Shown here: one piece after another, positions 49,639 through 57,951 of the stretch
Layout: the number at the start of each line of letters is the position of its first letter
How positions within the stretch are numbered: the stretch's first letter is position 1
IMG/VR virus record: IMGVR_UViG_3300001847_000619
Location: 1 to 61,376 of that record
Origin: a virus
Taxonomy: Duplodnaviria > Caudoviricetes
Strand: one strand, 5' to 3'
DNA: 61,376 nucleotides
Made by a program: the position numbers and the translations under genes
Notes under the pieces: model-generated
What the model saw: only the letters and a program-made list of their open reading frames with translations
Database searches by the model: none
Told to the model about the DNA's origin: nothing

Positions 49639-49949
49639 TGTTTAGCTATCCTAATGTATGGGTAATGATATTAGCAGTCCTAATAGGAATGTGTTTTATT
49701 TCATATTGTGTTTATTATGTAAATAAACTATTTATTAATCAAACTAAAGATGTATTAGTTAGGTTTATACTTTTAGTTTTTGCATCACTTGTTGGGGTTT
49801 TTATTGTAGATAAGGTAATAGCATTTAGAATAAACTTATTAAGTGATGAGCAGAATAATCAATTGTTTGATTTAATTAAAACATTAACGCTAATGATTTT
49901 CTCATATTATTTTGGCTCACAAAAATCTAATAAAAATGAAGACAGGTGA
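49638..49949 (+). CDS. holin-like 3-TM protein
   Basis: three hydrophobic helices, SYYFGS terminus, upstream of endolysin. Confidence 0.7.
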   Translation: MFSYPNVWVMILAVLIGMCFISYCVYYVNKLFINQTKDVLVRFILLVFASLVGVFIVDKVIAFRINLLSDEQNNQLFDLIKTLTLMIFSYYFGSQKSNKNEDR

Positions 49950-50373
49950 TAAAGGAATAGCATTAATAAAAAAATGGGAAGGATGCAAACTTGATGCCTA
50001 TGTGTGCGAAGCAGGAAAAAACACAATTGGGTTTGGTAACACTTTTTATGAAGATGGTACAAAAGTAAAGCCAGGAGATAAAATAACTAAAATAAGGGCT
50101 GAAAAACTGCTTATGAATCTTCTTCCAAAGTTTGAGAATGTAGTAAATTCTAAAGTAAAAGTTCCCCTAACACAAAATCAATTTGATGCACTTGTATCTC
50201 ATACATGGAATAGTGGGGGAAGTAGTACCTTGTTTGAATTGATAAATAACAAAGCACCAAAAGAAAAGATAGTAGAGTGGTTTACTACAAAGTATATTAC
50301 AGCTAATGGGGAGTTCAAGCAAGGGCTTTTGAATAGGAGAAAAGAAGAAGCTGATTTGTTTTTTACACCTTAA
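49936..50373 (+). CDS. GH24 lysozyme endolysin
   Basis: GIALIKKWEG...AY.C.AG..TIGFG.T, LTQNQFDALVS...N.G, GL..RR..E..LF; start moved to MKTG. Confidence 0.93.
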   Translation: MKTGDKGIALIKKWEGCKLDAYVCEAGKNTIGFGNTFYEDGTKVKPGDKITKIRAEKLLMNLLPKFENVVNSKVKVPLTQNQFDALVSHTWNSGGSSTLFELINNKAPKEKIVEWFTTKYITANGEFKQGLLNRRKEEADLFFTP

Positions 50374-50382
50374 TAATACCCA

Positions 50383-51381
50383 ATGACAAAGTCAGACGTA
50401 GCTAAAAAGTATAGGGCTAAATATCCCGACTTCCCTACATTAAAATTAGCTAGAATCATGTACAAAGAAAACAATCTTTTATTTACTACAATAGAAGATG
50501 CTAGAAGTACATTAAGATATATAGAAGGTAAGATTGGAGAAAAAAATAGAGTAAGTAAAGTAAAAGAAAGCGAGTTTTTTAAAGAAGAAGAAAGACCTAA
50601 GAATCCATATAATTTACCACAAAGTTATAAGCAAGATAGAACTCCATTCGTATTGCCAATTGGATGCAATAATATTCTTTTAATATCAGACCTACATATT
50701 CCCTACCATGATATAGATGCAATAACAATAGCCTTAGATTATGGCAAAGAACATAATGTAAATACTATATTTATTAATGGAGATTTGATAGATAATGCTC
50801 AAGTTAGTAGATTTGAAAAAGACCTTAAAAAACGTAGTGTAAGGGAAGAATTTGATGCGACAAAGAAATTCTTAGTAGAGTTAAGGAAAGCATTTCCTAA
50901 TGCAGAAATATATTGGTTAAAAGGGAATCATTGTGCCCGCTGGGAGAAATTCTTAGCACAAAAAGTTACAGAAATTTGGGATGACCCTTATTTCCATTTA
51001 GAAGAAAGATTGAGATTGCATGAAGAAAGAATAAAAATACTTGATGATTCAACTCTTGTTAAGGCAGGGAAGTTATCTATTACGCATGGGCATCACATAT
51101 TTAAGGGTATATTTTCCCCTGTATCTCCAGCAAGGGGAGCTTACATGAAAGCAAAGCAAAGTGTTATAGTTGGGCATTTGCATAGAACTTCTCAAAATTC
51201 AGAAATGGATTTAGATGGTAATGTAGTTAGTTGTTGGTCTCAAGGTTGTTTGTGTGAGCTTAGAACAAACTATTCTCCTATAGCAAGTAATTCGCAACAT
51301 GGATTTGCTCATATTCTTGTTCAACCTAATGGAGATTACAATGTACATAATTATCAGATAATCAAGGGGAAGATACATTAA
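50383..51381 (+). CDS. calcineurin-like metallophosphoesterase
   Basis: SDLH, NGDLID, GNH, HGH, GHLH. Confidence 0.9.
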   Translation: MTKSDVAKKYRAKYPDFPTLKLARIMYKENNLLFTTIEDARSTLRYIEGKIGEKNRVSKVKESEFFKEEERPKNPYNLPQSYKQDRTPFVLPIGCNNILLISDLHIPYHDIDAITIALDYGKEHNVNTIFINGDLIDNAQVSRFEKDLKKRSVREEFDATKKFLVELRKAFPNAEIYWLKGNHCARWEKFLAQKVTEIWDDPYFHLEERLRLHEERIKILDDSTLVKAGKLSITHGHHIFKGIFSPVSPARGAYMKAKQSVIVGHLHRTSQNSEMDLDGNVVSCWSQGCLCELRTNYSPIASNSQHGFAHILVQPNGDYNVHNYQIIKGKIH

Positions 51382-51438
51382 TAATAAAGCCCTATAGAAA
51401 TAGGGCTCGCTTATTATCAAAATTAACTAACTATGTCA
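51378..51438 (-). ncRNA. candidate small RNA 2 (promoter-seed-terminator cassette)
   Basis: minus-strand TTTG-N19-TATATTTG at 51472-51442; hairpin 51388-51407 with TTTCTA core, U-rich tail. Confidence 0.6.
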
Positions 51439-51460
51439 ATGCAAATATAACCAATCAATT

Positions 51461-51637
51461 ATGAAAAACAAAATAGAATTATTATTACAAGGACTTCCCA
51501 TTTCAGAAAAAATAAGTATATTAGAATCGCTTTGTAAAAAGTATAGAAGAGAAAATAGCGTTAGAATAAATGCTAAACAAATGGGAAGAAGAGTAGATGA
51601 AGAACGACCAGATTTACAAACCTTAAAATCACGATGA
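51461..51637 (+). CDS. 58-aa hypothetical protein
   Basis: manual translation MKNKIELLLQGLPISEKI...; ATGA overlap with next gene. Confidence 0.6.
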   Translation: MKNKIELLLQGLPISEKISILESLCKKYRRENSVRINAKQMGRRVDEERPDLQTLKSR

Positions 51638-51996
51638 AAAAAAGTAAAAAGATTAAGCTATCTACTTATAACTGTAATTTAATTGTAATAATAACAGATA
51701 GATTAACAGAAGAAGTAAATAGTATTTATAAGAGGCTTAATCATAACGAATCTTTTCAAGGGGAAGCAGAAGGGGTATTGCTTACAATAGATATAGATAA
51801 TTACTATCTTATATATGACATAAATTACCTTAGCCATAATACCATAGCTCACGAAATATATCATGCAGTAGTAAAGGTAACAGAGGATAGAGATATTGTA
51901 GAGGAAGAGCCACAAGCTTGGTTATGTGGTTATTTAGCTGAAGAAGTATACAAGTATATTCAGAAGAATAATTTTAAAATAATCAAGGGAAAGTAA
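51634..51996 (+). CDS. HExxH zincin-like protein
   Basis: TIAHEIYHAV...EEPQAW. Confidence 0.75.
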   Translation: MKKSKKIKLSTYNCNLIVIITDRLTEEVNSIYKRLNHNESFQGEAEGVLLTIDIDNYYLIYDINYLSHNTIAHEIYHAVVKVTEDRDIVEEEPQAWLCGYLAEEVYKYIQKNNFKIIKGK

Positions 51997-51997
51997 A

Positions 51998-52023
51998 AAG
52001 GCTCTCATTTATTAGAGAGCCTT
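51998..52023. terminator. hairpin between convergent gene blocks
   Basis: AAGGCTCTC-N8-GAGAGCCTT. Confidence 0.75.
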
Positions 52024-52090
52024 GTATTTATTCTCAATAAAATTTAATTGCAATATCATTTCCATTGCATTTTCTATCCCATTGACTTCC

Positions 52091-52369
52091 CTAAATTTCA
52101 GTATCTTTTTTATCAATTTTAACATCTGTTTTTTGAATTATTAGTGTTATGTCTTTCCCATTTTCCATTATTACTATTTCATCGGGCAAATGAGTAAATA
52201 CTGCATTTTTTAAACTACTTGGATACTCACTCATCTTCCCCTTGCAATAACTTGTTATATCCCCCAATGAATAGGATGCTTTACCTTCATTATGTATTGC
52301 GATTAAACCAAATAAATCGTTATTTAATAAACCTCTTCTTTTAATGATAGGTTGTAATTCTGTTGTCAT
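52091..52369 (-). CDS. hypothetical protein
   Basis: 92-aa ORF, A-rich leader. Confidence 0.65.
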   Translation of the reverse strand: MTTELQPIIKRRGLLNNDLFGLIAIHNEGKASYSLGDITSYCKGKMSEYPSSLKNAVFTHLPDEIVIMENGKDITLIIQKTDVKIDKKDTEI

Positions 52370-52454
52370 GTTTTTGTTTTTTTAGATTATGAAATAAATT
52401 ATTGTTACGATAAATATAAAAGCCATAATTAATTCTGCTTTTTGTTCTTTTTTA

Positions 52455-52778
52455 TTAAGTTTTTTCATGTTTGATAGTTTTTAGTATTTCTTTTTTATAT
52501 TCTCGATGCTCTCTTATTGCTTTAGTATGCTGTTCTTTTTTGTAATATATTTTACTCCCTCCTCGTTCTTTTCTTCTTTCTAAATTGCTTTTATGTGAAT
52601 CTGGATTTATAATAAATTGAATAAGTCGTTTACTTACATTAAACATCTTTGCTATTTTGTTTTTACCTAAGCCACGACTTCCCCAATATATAACCATTTC
52701 TTTTTGACAAGGAAGTAATTTGCTACTACGTTTTAAGAATGGGCAATCTATTGCTATATTATCAGTTATTCTCGGCAT
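52455..52778 (-). CDS. HTH DNA-binding protein
   Basis: GLGKNKIAKMFNVSKRLIQFI. Confidence 0.8.
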   Translation of the reverse strand: MPRITDNIAIDCPFLKRSSKLLPCQKEMVIYWGSRGLGKNKIAKMFNVSKRLIQFIINPDSHKSNLERRKERGGSKIYYKKEQHTKAIREHREYKKEILKTIKHEKT

Positions 52779-52971
52779 CTTGTTGCTCTTTTAATTTATC
52801 TACTTCGGGAAGTATTACCACTCCTTCAAATATTCCCATTCTTTTTGCGGATTCTATTATAGATTTTCCCATATTAAAATAACTATCATCAGATTGACAA
52901 GCATGGATAAGTTCTCCAATGAATACAATTTTCTCAAAGTGTCCTAATTTTTCGTAGTTTTTGCAGAGCAT
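52762..52971 (-). CDS. hypothetical protein
   Basis: 69 aa; ACACTAAAAA leader. Confidence 0.7.
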   Translation of the reverse strand: MLCKNYEKLGHFEKIVFIGELIHACQSDDSYFNMGKSIIESAKRMGIFEGVVILPEVDKLKEQQDAENN

Positions 52972-52990
52972 AGTTTTTAATTTTTAGTGT

Positions 52991-53188
52991 TTATAAATTA
53001 TTTAATTCTTTTAATACTTCATTATAATAGTCATTTAGATGTTCCCTATCCTCAATAACTATATAGTTACTTATTTCTTCCAACATTTCTTCTACACATA
53101 CTATTGCACACAATCTTGCTTGTGGTCTTGTTTGAGTGTATTGAAAAAATGTGTTTACCAATTCTTTTGCTTTTTCTTTTCCAGTCAT
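52991..53188 (-). CDS. hypothetical protein (KEKAKELV...CA...V.E...Y..EV..E.. family)
   Basis: 65 aa; paralogous pattern to 53201-53443. Confidence 0.75.
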   Translation of the reverse strand: MTGKEKAKELVNTFFQYTQTRPQARLCAIVCVEEMLEEISNYIVIEDREHLNDYYNEVLKELNNL

Positions 53189-53200
53189 AATGTTTAGTTT

Positions 53201-53425
53201 TTATATGTTTTTTACTTCGTTTTTTACATCTTCCCAATATTGAATAGTAATAAATTTATTACCTTCCAATGAATCCCCAAATGTGTTTATTTCTTCTATG
53301 TTATTATCGCATACCATTAAGCAACACTCTTTGGATTTTCCCCTTGCTTCTATATAATCACATAATCTTGAATATCCTTTTAAGAATCTTTCATATAATT
53401 CGTAGGCTTTTTCTTGTGCATTCAT
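53201..53425 (-). CDS. hypothetical protein paralogous to 52991-53188
   Basis: MNAQEKAYELY...YWEDVKNEV; start moved to MNAQ. Confidence 0.7.
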   Translation of the reverse strand: MNAQEKAYELYERFLKGYSRLCDYIEARGKSKECCLMVCDNNIEEINTFGDSLEGNKFITIQYWEDVKNEVKNI

Positions 53426-53429
53426 AGTA

Positions 53430-53660
53430 TTATATAATTTCAATGTTAGTGTATATTGTTTTTAATTCATTTAGCAAGGGGAAATAATACTCTGGCTCTA
53501 CTTCCCTTGACTCCTTAATATAATCCTCTGAACATAATGAATGTTGACCTATTGTAGAATAACAGCTCATAAATTTGCCAAAAATGTTTTTAACTATTTC
53601 AGTAGGGAAAACAGCAAATAGGTCAGCGTTTTCTTCGTTGTATAAAAATTTAACTTTCAT
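53430..53660 (-). CDS. hypothetical phage protein (AVFP...CY...GQHS)
   Basis: 76-aa ORF. Confidence 0.8.
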   Translation of the reverse strand: MKVKFLYNEENADLFAVFPTEIVKNIFGKFMSCYSTIGQHSLCSEDYIKESREVEPEYYFPLLNELKTIYTNIEII

Positions 53661-53677
53661 GATATAGTTTTTAGTTT

Positions 53678-53926
53678 TTAATAAATTGATAATGAATTTA
53701 AAATAACATTGTATTGCCTTTCATTCAGCATGGGTAATATATCTACTCCACTTCCTGCAATTATTATTTCTACGTTATTAATATCTACTATTGAATTGCC
53801 TTTAAAATCTTCCCCAACATGATAAGTTACTGTTAATTCAATGCCGTCTTGGTCAATAATTGTTTCGTATTTACGTTCCATATCTTTAAATTTTAAGGTT
53901 GTTATTGTGCTAAAAATTGTTGCCAT
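53678..53926 (-). CDS. hypothetical protein (true start possibly 53881)
   Basis: ORF track. Confidence 0.6.
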   Translation of the reverse strand: MATIFSTITTLKFKDMERKYETIIDQDGIELTVTYHVGEDFKGNSIVDINNVEIIIAGSGVDILPMLNERQYNVILNSLSIY

Positions 53927-54254
53927 GATTCTTTTTTGTGGCTTGTCTCAATTTGTTTTTTTAGCTTTTTAATTTTGTTTTTTAGTGCAAATTTATTTGA
54001 GGCGTTCCCCTTGTTTAATTTAATTGTAAGGGCTTTAATTTGTTGGATGTCTTTTAGTGTATTCATATTGTTATTGTTTTATTTTTATAAAATGTACGTT
54101 ATCTATTTTAATTAGTTCCCAATTAGTGTTTTTGCCTTGTTGCAATAACTTATAAATATAACCTACATTTACTCCTATTCCATTTCTTTTGCTTGGGTAT
54201 TGGTCGGCAAAGTTTTTTACTGTCATTAATTTTTCTTTTGTTTTGGTCATGAGT

Positions 54255-54503
54255 TTAATTGTTTATATGGTTTATAATTTTTTTTATGGTTCGGGAAATT
54301 CTTACGTAGTTTTTACTTTCAATATCATCAATTAAACTGCTGTAAGCAAAATAATTGTCGCTTATAACTTCCCCTTGATTATTAAGCATAATTACACTCG
54401 CATTTTCATCACATTCTTTGTAATTAACGTAATAATGAAAGTCATTTGTTTGTAAGGCATGATAATAAGTGCCGAAGTAATGGCGAAATAAAGATTTTTT
54501 CAT
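54255..54503 (-). CDS. hypothetical early protein
   Basis: start moved to MKKSLFRH, which follows a promoter and ACACTAAAAA leader. Confidence 0.7.
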   Translation of the reverse strand: MKKSLFRHYFGTYYHALQTNDFHYYVNYKECDENASVIMLNNQGEVISDNYFAYSSLIDDIESKNYVRISRTIKKIINHINN

Positions 54504-54526
54504 GTTATTATTTTTTAGTGTGTGAA

Positions 54527-54557
54527 CAAAGGTAAATACTTTGACTTTAAATTCAAA
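54527..54557 (-). promoter_or_regulatory. Bacteroidota-type early promoter
   Basis: TTTG-N19-TACCTTTG on minus strand. Confidence 0.75.
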
Positions 54558-54594
54558 AAAATTTTGCAACTTTATTTATATTATTTTCCCTTTA

Positions 54595-54801
54595 TTAATA
54601 ATCATTTTCGGCGTATATCTTTACAGCTTTAATGTCTTCGTAATATTCAAGTGTTTTGTCATATCCTTTTATATTTTCGTAGGCTTTATTTACTTGCCCT
54701 CTTAGATAGCTATCAAAACTGCAAAGATTATAATATGATTTATTGTATTGGTCGCAAAGTTTTTTATATATGTTATGCTGTTTTTTTGTTAATGTGTGCA
54801 T
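54595..54801 (-). CDS. hypothetical early protein
   Basis: 68 aa, AACACCATGCACAC start context. Confidence 0.7.
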   Translation of the reverse strand: MHTLTKKQHNIYKKLCDQYNKSYYNLCSFDSYLRGQVNKAYENIKGYDKTLEYYEDIKAVKIYAENDY

Positions 54802-54846
54802 GGTGTTTTATTTTTTGGTTTGTAATGTGTTTTATTTTGAATTTAA

Positions 54847-54881
54847 GCAAGGGGAAAATGTTTTCAAGGTCTTCCCCTTGC
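54847..54881 (-). terminator. hairpin formed by two inverted TTCCCCTTG motifs
   Basis: GCAAGGGGAA-N15-TTCCCCTTGC. Confidence 0.5.
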
Positions 54882-54919
54882 CGATAAATTAAAGGGCTTT
54901 AAATAGCTTTATATTAGCT

Positions 54920-55087
54920 TTAATTAAGTAGCTCTAATTCATCAATAAAAATATAAGTATTATTAATTTTAATTACTGACTTTTCCTCTAATATCCTCAC
55001 AACTTCATTAAATTGATTAACTTTTAGGCAAGTATTAATAATATACTCCGTTGCCTGTTCAATGTTTTTAAAGGTTTTAATGTTCAT
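54920..55087 (-). CDS. 55-aa hypothetical early protein
   Basis: manual translation MNIKTFKNIEQATEYII...; CACTAAAAA leader. Confidence 0.6.
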   Translation of the reverse strand: MNIKTFKNIEQATEYIINTCLKVNQFNEVVRILEEKSVIKINNTYIFIDELELLN

Positions 55088-55110
55088 GATAGTTTGTTTT
55101 TAGTGGTTAA

Positions 55111-55338
55111 TTAATTATTACATTTTATTAAAAATTTATATTTTTTATCTTGCATTATTATAAAATTTTCAATTTTCCCCTTGCTATTAAATAAGTCAAA
55201 TATTTTGCATTTATTACCTGTAAATATGTTTGTATTTTCTTTTATTTCTATATTGCTATAAAAATAATCGTTAACAACTTTATTAATTCCATGTATTGTT
55301 GGCGAAGTTGCAAGTAAATTAAAGTTTGTATTTTTCAT
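55111..55338 (-). CDS. hypothetical early protein
   Basis: 75 aa; ACACTAAAAAA leader. Confidence 0.7.
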   Translation of the reverse strand: MKNTNFNLLATSPTIHGINKVVNDYFYSNIEIKENTNIFTGNKCKIFDLFNSKGKIENFIIMQDKKYKFLIKCNN

Positions 55339-55364
55339 GATATTATTTTTTAGTGTTTAATTAA

Positions 55365-55556
55365 TTATCTTAATAATATATTTATGTATTCCAATTCAAT
55401 AGTGTATTTAAACATTATTTCGTTGGGTAGTTTTATTTCGCTGTTAAATTCCTGTATTAATTTGTTTTTACAGGTTTTTAGTTGCTCTGCGGTTAAATTT
55501 CCGTAAAATTTAACAAGGTTTTTACCTATGTAGTGTGTTATTTTATCAATAGTCAT
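55365..55556 (-). CDS. hypothetical early protein
   Basis: 63 aa, tandem array. Confidence 0.65.
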   Translation of the reverse strand: MTIDKITHYIGKNLVKFYGNLTAEQLKTCKNKLIQEFNSEIKLPNEIMFKYTIELEYINILLR

Positions 55557-55580
55557 AATATTATTTTTTTTAGTTGTTAA

Positions 55581-55769
55581 TTAACTATTTCTTTTGTCTA
55601 ATATTCTACAAATAGTATTTATTTGTTTTTGCACTGTTTCAACTAATTCGGCTTTTTCGCTTATTACGTGCCTATAATCATATAATTTAGCTCTAATATT
55701 AGCCAAACAGTCTAAAATTTCCTCCAGCTCATAGGTGCTTTTTTTCTTTAATTCAATTATGCTGTTCAT
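55581..55769 (-). CDS. hypothetical early protein
   Basis: 62 aa, coiled-coil-like. Confidence 0.65.
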   Translation of the reverse strand: MNSIIELKKKSTYELEEILDCLANIRAKLYDYRHVISEKAELVETVQKQINTICRILDKRNS

Positions 55770-55788
55770 GGTATTAAAATTAAAAAGG

Positions 55789-55983
55789 TTAAATAATTAT
55801 TGTTATTTCTTCTTTTTCTTTCATGTAATTGAGGCAATTAGTAATACTATTACTGCCGAAAATTATTTGCTTATCTCCCGTAAGTAATACAATTACGTAC
55901 CTTTCCGAACCTTGATAAGTTGAATTATTCGCAATTATTGCCGTTTCCGTTTCTCCTAAATATTTAAATTTGTATGCTTTCAT
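55789..55983 (-). CDS. hypothetical early protein
   Basis: 64 aa. Confidence 0.65.
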   Translation of the reverse strand: MKAYKFKYLGETETAIIANNSTYQGSERYVIVLLTGDKQIIFGSNSITNCLNYMKEKEEITIII

Positions 55984-56187
55984 TTTATATTATTTTTTTA
56001 TAAATTAAAATATTTTATTAATTCATTTTCTTGCTTGTCAGTAAGTGTTAATTCGCCTTGGGTGTATAAATTTAAAATTTCGTTATCGCTTGGAGTGTAT
56101 CCGTATTTTTTAAAATAATTTGCTTTTATTTTTTGCATGGTAATATTTTTAAAGTGTTTAAAATGTTTTATTTGTTCCCCTTGATTA

Positions 56188-56412
56188 TTAAAAATACGAC
56201 TTCATATATTCAATACTGTTTGTCTCTTCGTTTATTATTTCAACTTTCCAACCTTCGTATTTTATAGCGTGGTTTATACTGTTACTTTGTACCCTTAGCA
56301 TATAGCCAAAAATACAAAGGTCGTTTGGCTGGTGTTCAAATGTTTTCTTTAATTTGTTATCATGATAAATATTATAAGTAAATAAATATTGATTTTGTTT
56401 TTTTGTGTTCAT
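56188..56412 (-). CDS. hypothetical early protein
   Basis: 74 aa, A.KYEGWKV motif. Confidence 0.7.
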   Translation of the reverse strand: MNTKKQNQYLFTYNIYHDNKLKKTFEHQPNDLCIFGYMLRVQSNSINHAIKYEGWKVEIINEETNSIEYMKSYF

Positions 56413-56599
56413 GGTGTTAATTTTTAATATTTTATAATGTTTTCAATATTGTTCTTATGTTTTTTAAAATAGCCCTATATTTTTTTTCTTTTTTTTCGCT
56501 GGAAGTTGCATTATGTTTTTTCACTAAATAATTATATCTATTAATTAATTCTTTTTTTGTCAGCGTGTTTGTGTGCATGGTGTTAAATATTAAAGGTTA

Positions 56600-56642
56600 A
56601 AAAAAAATAATAAGCAAGGGGAACGGGTAAAATTTCCCCTTG
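56600..56642 (-). terminator. terminator formed by inverted TTCCCCTTG motifs
   Basis: CAAGGGGAA-N10-TTCCCCTTG, followed on the minus strand by CTTATTATTTTTTT. Confidence 0.6.
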
Positions 56643-56651
56643 ATAAAAAGA

Positions 56652-57119
56652 TTAATTAAAATAAAGTCTCGACACTCTACGGCTAAGTAAATTACGTAAT
56701 GCCTTGCGTATGTCATGCCCTGTTTCATAATAAGGTGTACCGTCGGAATTTTTAGCGTTCATTAATTCCCTCCATAAAATTGACTTAATAACACGATTAG
56801 CGGCGGGGCGGTATTCAGTAGGGTAATATTGACCGGTAATATATTGTAATTTCCCGTTATTATATGTTAACCTATCATTTGAAGCGGTTAAATATTGCCC
56901 TATCTTATCATTTAATTTATCAACACGCCAACGGGCTACGTTTAATAGTTCATAAAAATCGGCTCTATCTTTTGTAATTTCTCGGCTTTCGGCTTTATAT
57001 ATTTTTATATCGCCGTAATCGTTAAAATCTAAACAAGGGCGGGAATTTACAAACTTGCAAAGTAGTTCAATGAAATCTACATTGTTTGCGGTTTTTGTGG
57101 TTGTGTGTGTTGTGTTCAT
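56652..57119 (-). CDS. conserved hypothetical early phage protein (GQYYPTEYR motif)
   Basis: 155 aa, FVNSRP.LDF.DYG...YITGQYYPTEYRPAA. Confidence 0.8.
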   Translation of the reverse strand: MNTTHTTTKTANNVDFIELLCKFVNSRPCLDFNDYGDIKIYKAESREITKDRADFYELLNVARWRVDKLNDKIGQYLTASNDRLTYNNGKLQYITGQYYPTEYRPAANRVIKSILWRELMNAKNSDGTPYYETGHDIRKALRNLLSRRVSRLYFN

Positions 57120-57150
57120 GGTTTAAAATTTAAAGTGTTTAAAATATTAA

Positions 57151-57255
57151 TTAATTACAAAAAACAAAGTGAATAAAAAACATAATTTTAATAAGTAAGT
57201 AAATAAACAAGGATAAAACAGGAATGAGGCAAAAAAGGAATTTCAATTTTTTCAT
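57151..57255 (-). CDS. 34-aa hydrophobic membrane peptide, first gene of leftward operon
   Basis: manual translation MKKLKFLFCLIPVLSLFIYLLIKIMFFIHFVFCN; leader ACACTAAAAAAACTATCATG. Confidence 0.55.
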   Translation of the reverse strand: MKKLKFLFCLIPVLSLFIYLLIKIMFFIHFVFCN

Positions 57256-57284
57256 GATAGTTTTTTTAGTGTGTTGATAAAAAA

Positions 57285-57316
57285 CAAAGATAAGAGTAAA
57301 TACTTTTACTTTCAAT
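57285..57316 (-). promoter_or_regulatory. early leftward promoter
   Basis: TATCTTTG at 57292-57285 with ATTG 20 nt upstream. Confidence 0.65.
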
Positions 57317-57349
57317 CAATGTAAACAACTTTTAACAAAATTTTAACAA

Positions 57350-57800
57350 TTAGCTAAATAGTTTAGTAAAGCTAAAAAATTTAGCATTTCTCTTTTTCCC
57401 CTTGTTCCATACAATAACCCCCCACCCAATAAAACAAAATAAAACAAACCAAACAAACCAACGCCAAAAACCCCCATTTTCCCCTTGCTAAATACCTTAG
57501 TAATGCTTACTAATATCCTTAGCATACAACACAATACCCCCGTAACGAATTTATAGCCAATTTAACGCCCTTTATTCGCCTTTCCTTTGTCTTCCCCTTG
57601 CCCAACAAATTAAACCCCATAAAATCGCCTTAAATTAAGCCGTTAAAAATTCAATCCCATATTTAAAAACCAAAAACCGAAACCGAAACCCAAAAACAAA
57701 CTCCCGCCCCTTTGCCGTTTACAAATTCCCAAACCGAGAGCCGCCCCCCTATTCCTAGCGTACAATGTCCCCCCCTCTAAGAGTTGTATAGGTTTTTTAT
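57350..57800. other. non-coding, strongly C/A-skewed divergence region; candidate genome terminus / pac region
   Basis: G-poor plus strand, C-runs, AAAC and AAACCG repeats, no credible ORF. Confidence 0.45.
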
Positions 57801-57849
57801 TTAAAAATACGTTTTGAAAAATGAACGGGAAAAACTCGTAGCTTTACAA

Positions 57850-57907
57850 TCTCATGGATAGTTTTTTTTAGTGTACCCCTGGTGTTTCTACATTGGGGGT
57901 TTTCTTG
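57850..57907 (+). ncRNA. candidate small RNA 3, antisense to early-gene leaders
   Basis: seed CATGGATAGTTTTTTTTAGTGT then ACCCCTGGTG-TTTCTA-CATTGGGGGT-TTTCTT terminator; TAGCTTTA -7-like element at 57839. Confidence 0.65.
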
Positions 57908-57919
57908 TTAAAAAAAATA

Positions 57920-57951
57920 TTTGGATAATACAATCTACTTTTGTAGATTTG
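57920..57951 (+). promoter_or_regulatory. promoter of recombination operon
   Basis: TTTG-N20-TAGATTTG. Confidence 0.65.

Noticed and set aside
57343-57534. 63-aa minus-strand ORF in the divergence region
   Set aside because: Product of low-complexity G/T-rich sequence, upstream of the early promoter, no leader.
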